DNA of 60,667 bases, the filler included. It is 4 parts of 4 records of this genome, joined end to end, with 100 filler letters (N's around TTAATTAATTAA, not from the genome) between each part and the next. Parts side by side here need not be neighbours in the genome. Positions count along the whole stretch, not along the records: positions 51,785 to 60,667 come from SRR20825019_1250; 3 more parts are not named here. One strand, given 5' to 3'. The position numbers and the translations under genes are program-made. A model generated the notes under the pieces. The model was given only the letters and a program-made list of their open reading frames with translations. It ran no database searches and was not told the origin of the DNA. Positions 59,996-60,667 of the stretch are shown piece after piece. Position 1 is the stretch's first letter. Each line of letters opens with the position of its first letter.

Positions 59996-60028
59996 AAAAA
60001 AAGCCCCGGAACATTTCCCGGGGCTTTG
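59996..60028 (-). terminator. Rho-independent terminator after bfr
   Basis: AAAGCCCCGG...CCGGGGCTTT hairpin with a T run on the minus strand. Confidence 0.8.
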
Positions 60029-60049
60029 ATCATTCATCACAGATCGCAT

Positions 60050-60541
60050 TTACGCGTGTGGGCTTGGCTCACCTGCCGCGCGGAACTGGATGTAGTTCGG
60101 CAGGCCCATCATTTCGATCAGGCGGATCTGCTGTTCGATCCAGTAGGCGTGATCTTCTTCGCTATCATCAAGCAAGCCGACAAGCATCTGACGGGTCTGG
60201 AAGTCGTCTTCCTTTTCCGCGATCTTGATGCCTTGTTTCAGAAGGTTGATCACGTGATATTCGTGTTCGAGATCATTCTTCATCATCTCGGGTACGGTTT
60301 TGCCGATCTTGATCGGTTCACGTGACGCGGTATCTGGAACACCTTCAAGGAACAAAATCCGCTCGATCAGGCGCTTTGCGTGTTCAAGCTCTTCGTCCTT
60401 TTCGTGGTGCATGCGTTCATAAAGCGAATGCAGCCCCCAATCGGCATACATTTCGGCATGCGTATTATACTGGTCGGCCGCGGACAGCTCAGCAGTGAGC
60501 TGCTTATTCAATGCGGCAATAACCTTTTTACTACCCTTCAT
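60050..60541 (-). CDS. bfr: Bacterioferritin-family subunit lacking the heme-ligand Met
   Basis: MKG start, ferroxidase residues present, HEKDEELEHA in place of DEMKHA, and ERILFLEG. Confidence 0.9.
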   Translation of the reverse strand: MKGSKKVIAALNKQLTAELSAADQYNTHAEMYADWGLHSLYERMHHEKDEELEHAKRLIERILFLEGVPDTASREPIKIGKTVPEMMKNDLEHEYHVINLLKQGIKIAEKEDDFQTRQMLVGLLDDSEEDHAYWIEQQIRLIEMMGLPNYIQFRAAGEPSPHA

Positions 60542-60562
60542 GGCATAACGCTCCTGGTCTGA

Positions 60563-60667
60563 TTAGTCGCCGTCGCCTGAACGGCTCTGAATGTAATTAT
60601 GGATACCGACATTTTCGAGCTGCCATTCTTCGGTCTCAAGCCAGTCGACATGTTCTTCCTGATCTTC
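60563..60667 (-). CDS. bfr: Second bacterioferritin subunit, 3' end only
   Basis: EDQEEHVDWLETEEWQLENVGIHNYIQSRSGDGD*. Confidence 0.85.
   Translation of the reverse strand, partial: EDQEEHVDWLETEEWQLENVGIHNYIQSRSGDGD

Overview
This window is not one locus. It is four unrelated contigs joined by artificial N-run/TTAATTAATTAA six-frame-stop linkers (15053-15152, 42794-42893, 51685-51784). Taxonomy below is inferred from gene style and composition only. (1) 1-15052, GC-rich, probably Verrucomicrobia/Opitutales: pgl, tdk, an AT-richer two-cassette integron-like array with no adjacent integrase (first cassette encodes a HEPN-like protein), PPi-dependent PEP carboxykinase, a GH106-like/GH95-like/esterase operon, REP repeats and a partial OprM-type efflux protein. 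(2) 15153-42793, Marinobacter-like core genome: tcdA, Na+/H+ antiporter, lipid-related enzymes, AraC-cls, GntR, PlpD-like patatin, a sensor kinase, the cyaA-lptM-lysA-dapF-DUF484-xerC-GGDEF run, and an unannotated 30-aa ORF with its own SD and terminator. (3) 42894-51684, AT-rich Bacteroidota: T9SS cargo proteins, an M61 peptidase and a solitary cassette-like pseudogene with three in-frame TAG codons. (4) 51785-60667, Thalassospira-like alphaproteobacterium: tRNA-Leu, nnr, dadA, PAS kinase, a CueR-regulated copA-cueR-cytochrome c unit and tandem bacterioferritins. The best candidates for something undescribed are the integrase-less cassette array with its HEPN cassette, the 30-aa protein divergent from AraC-cls, and the Bacteroidota cassette. 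No database searches were possible, so all family calls rest on motif recognition.
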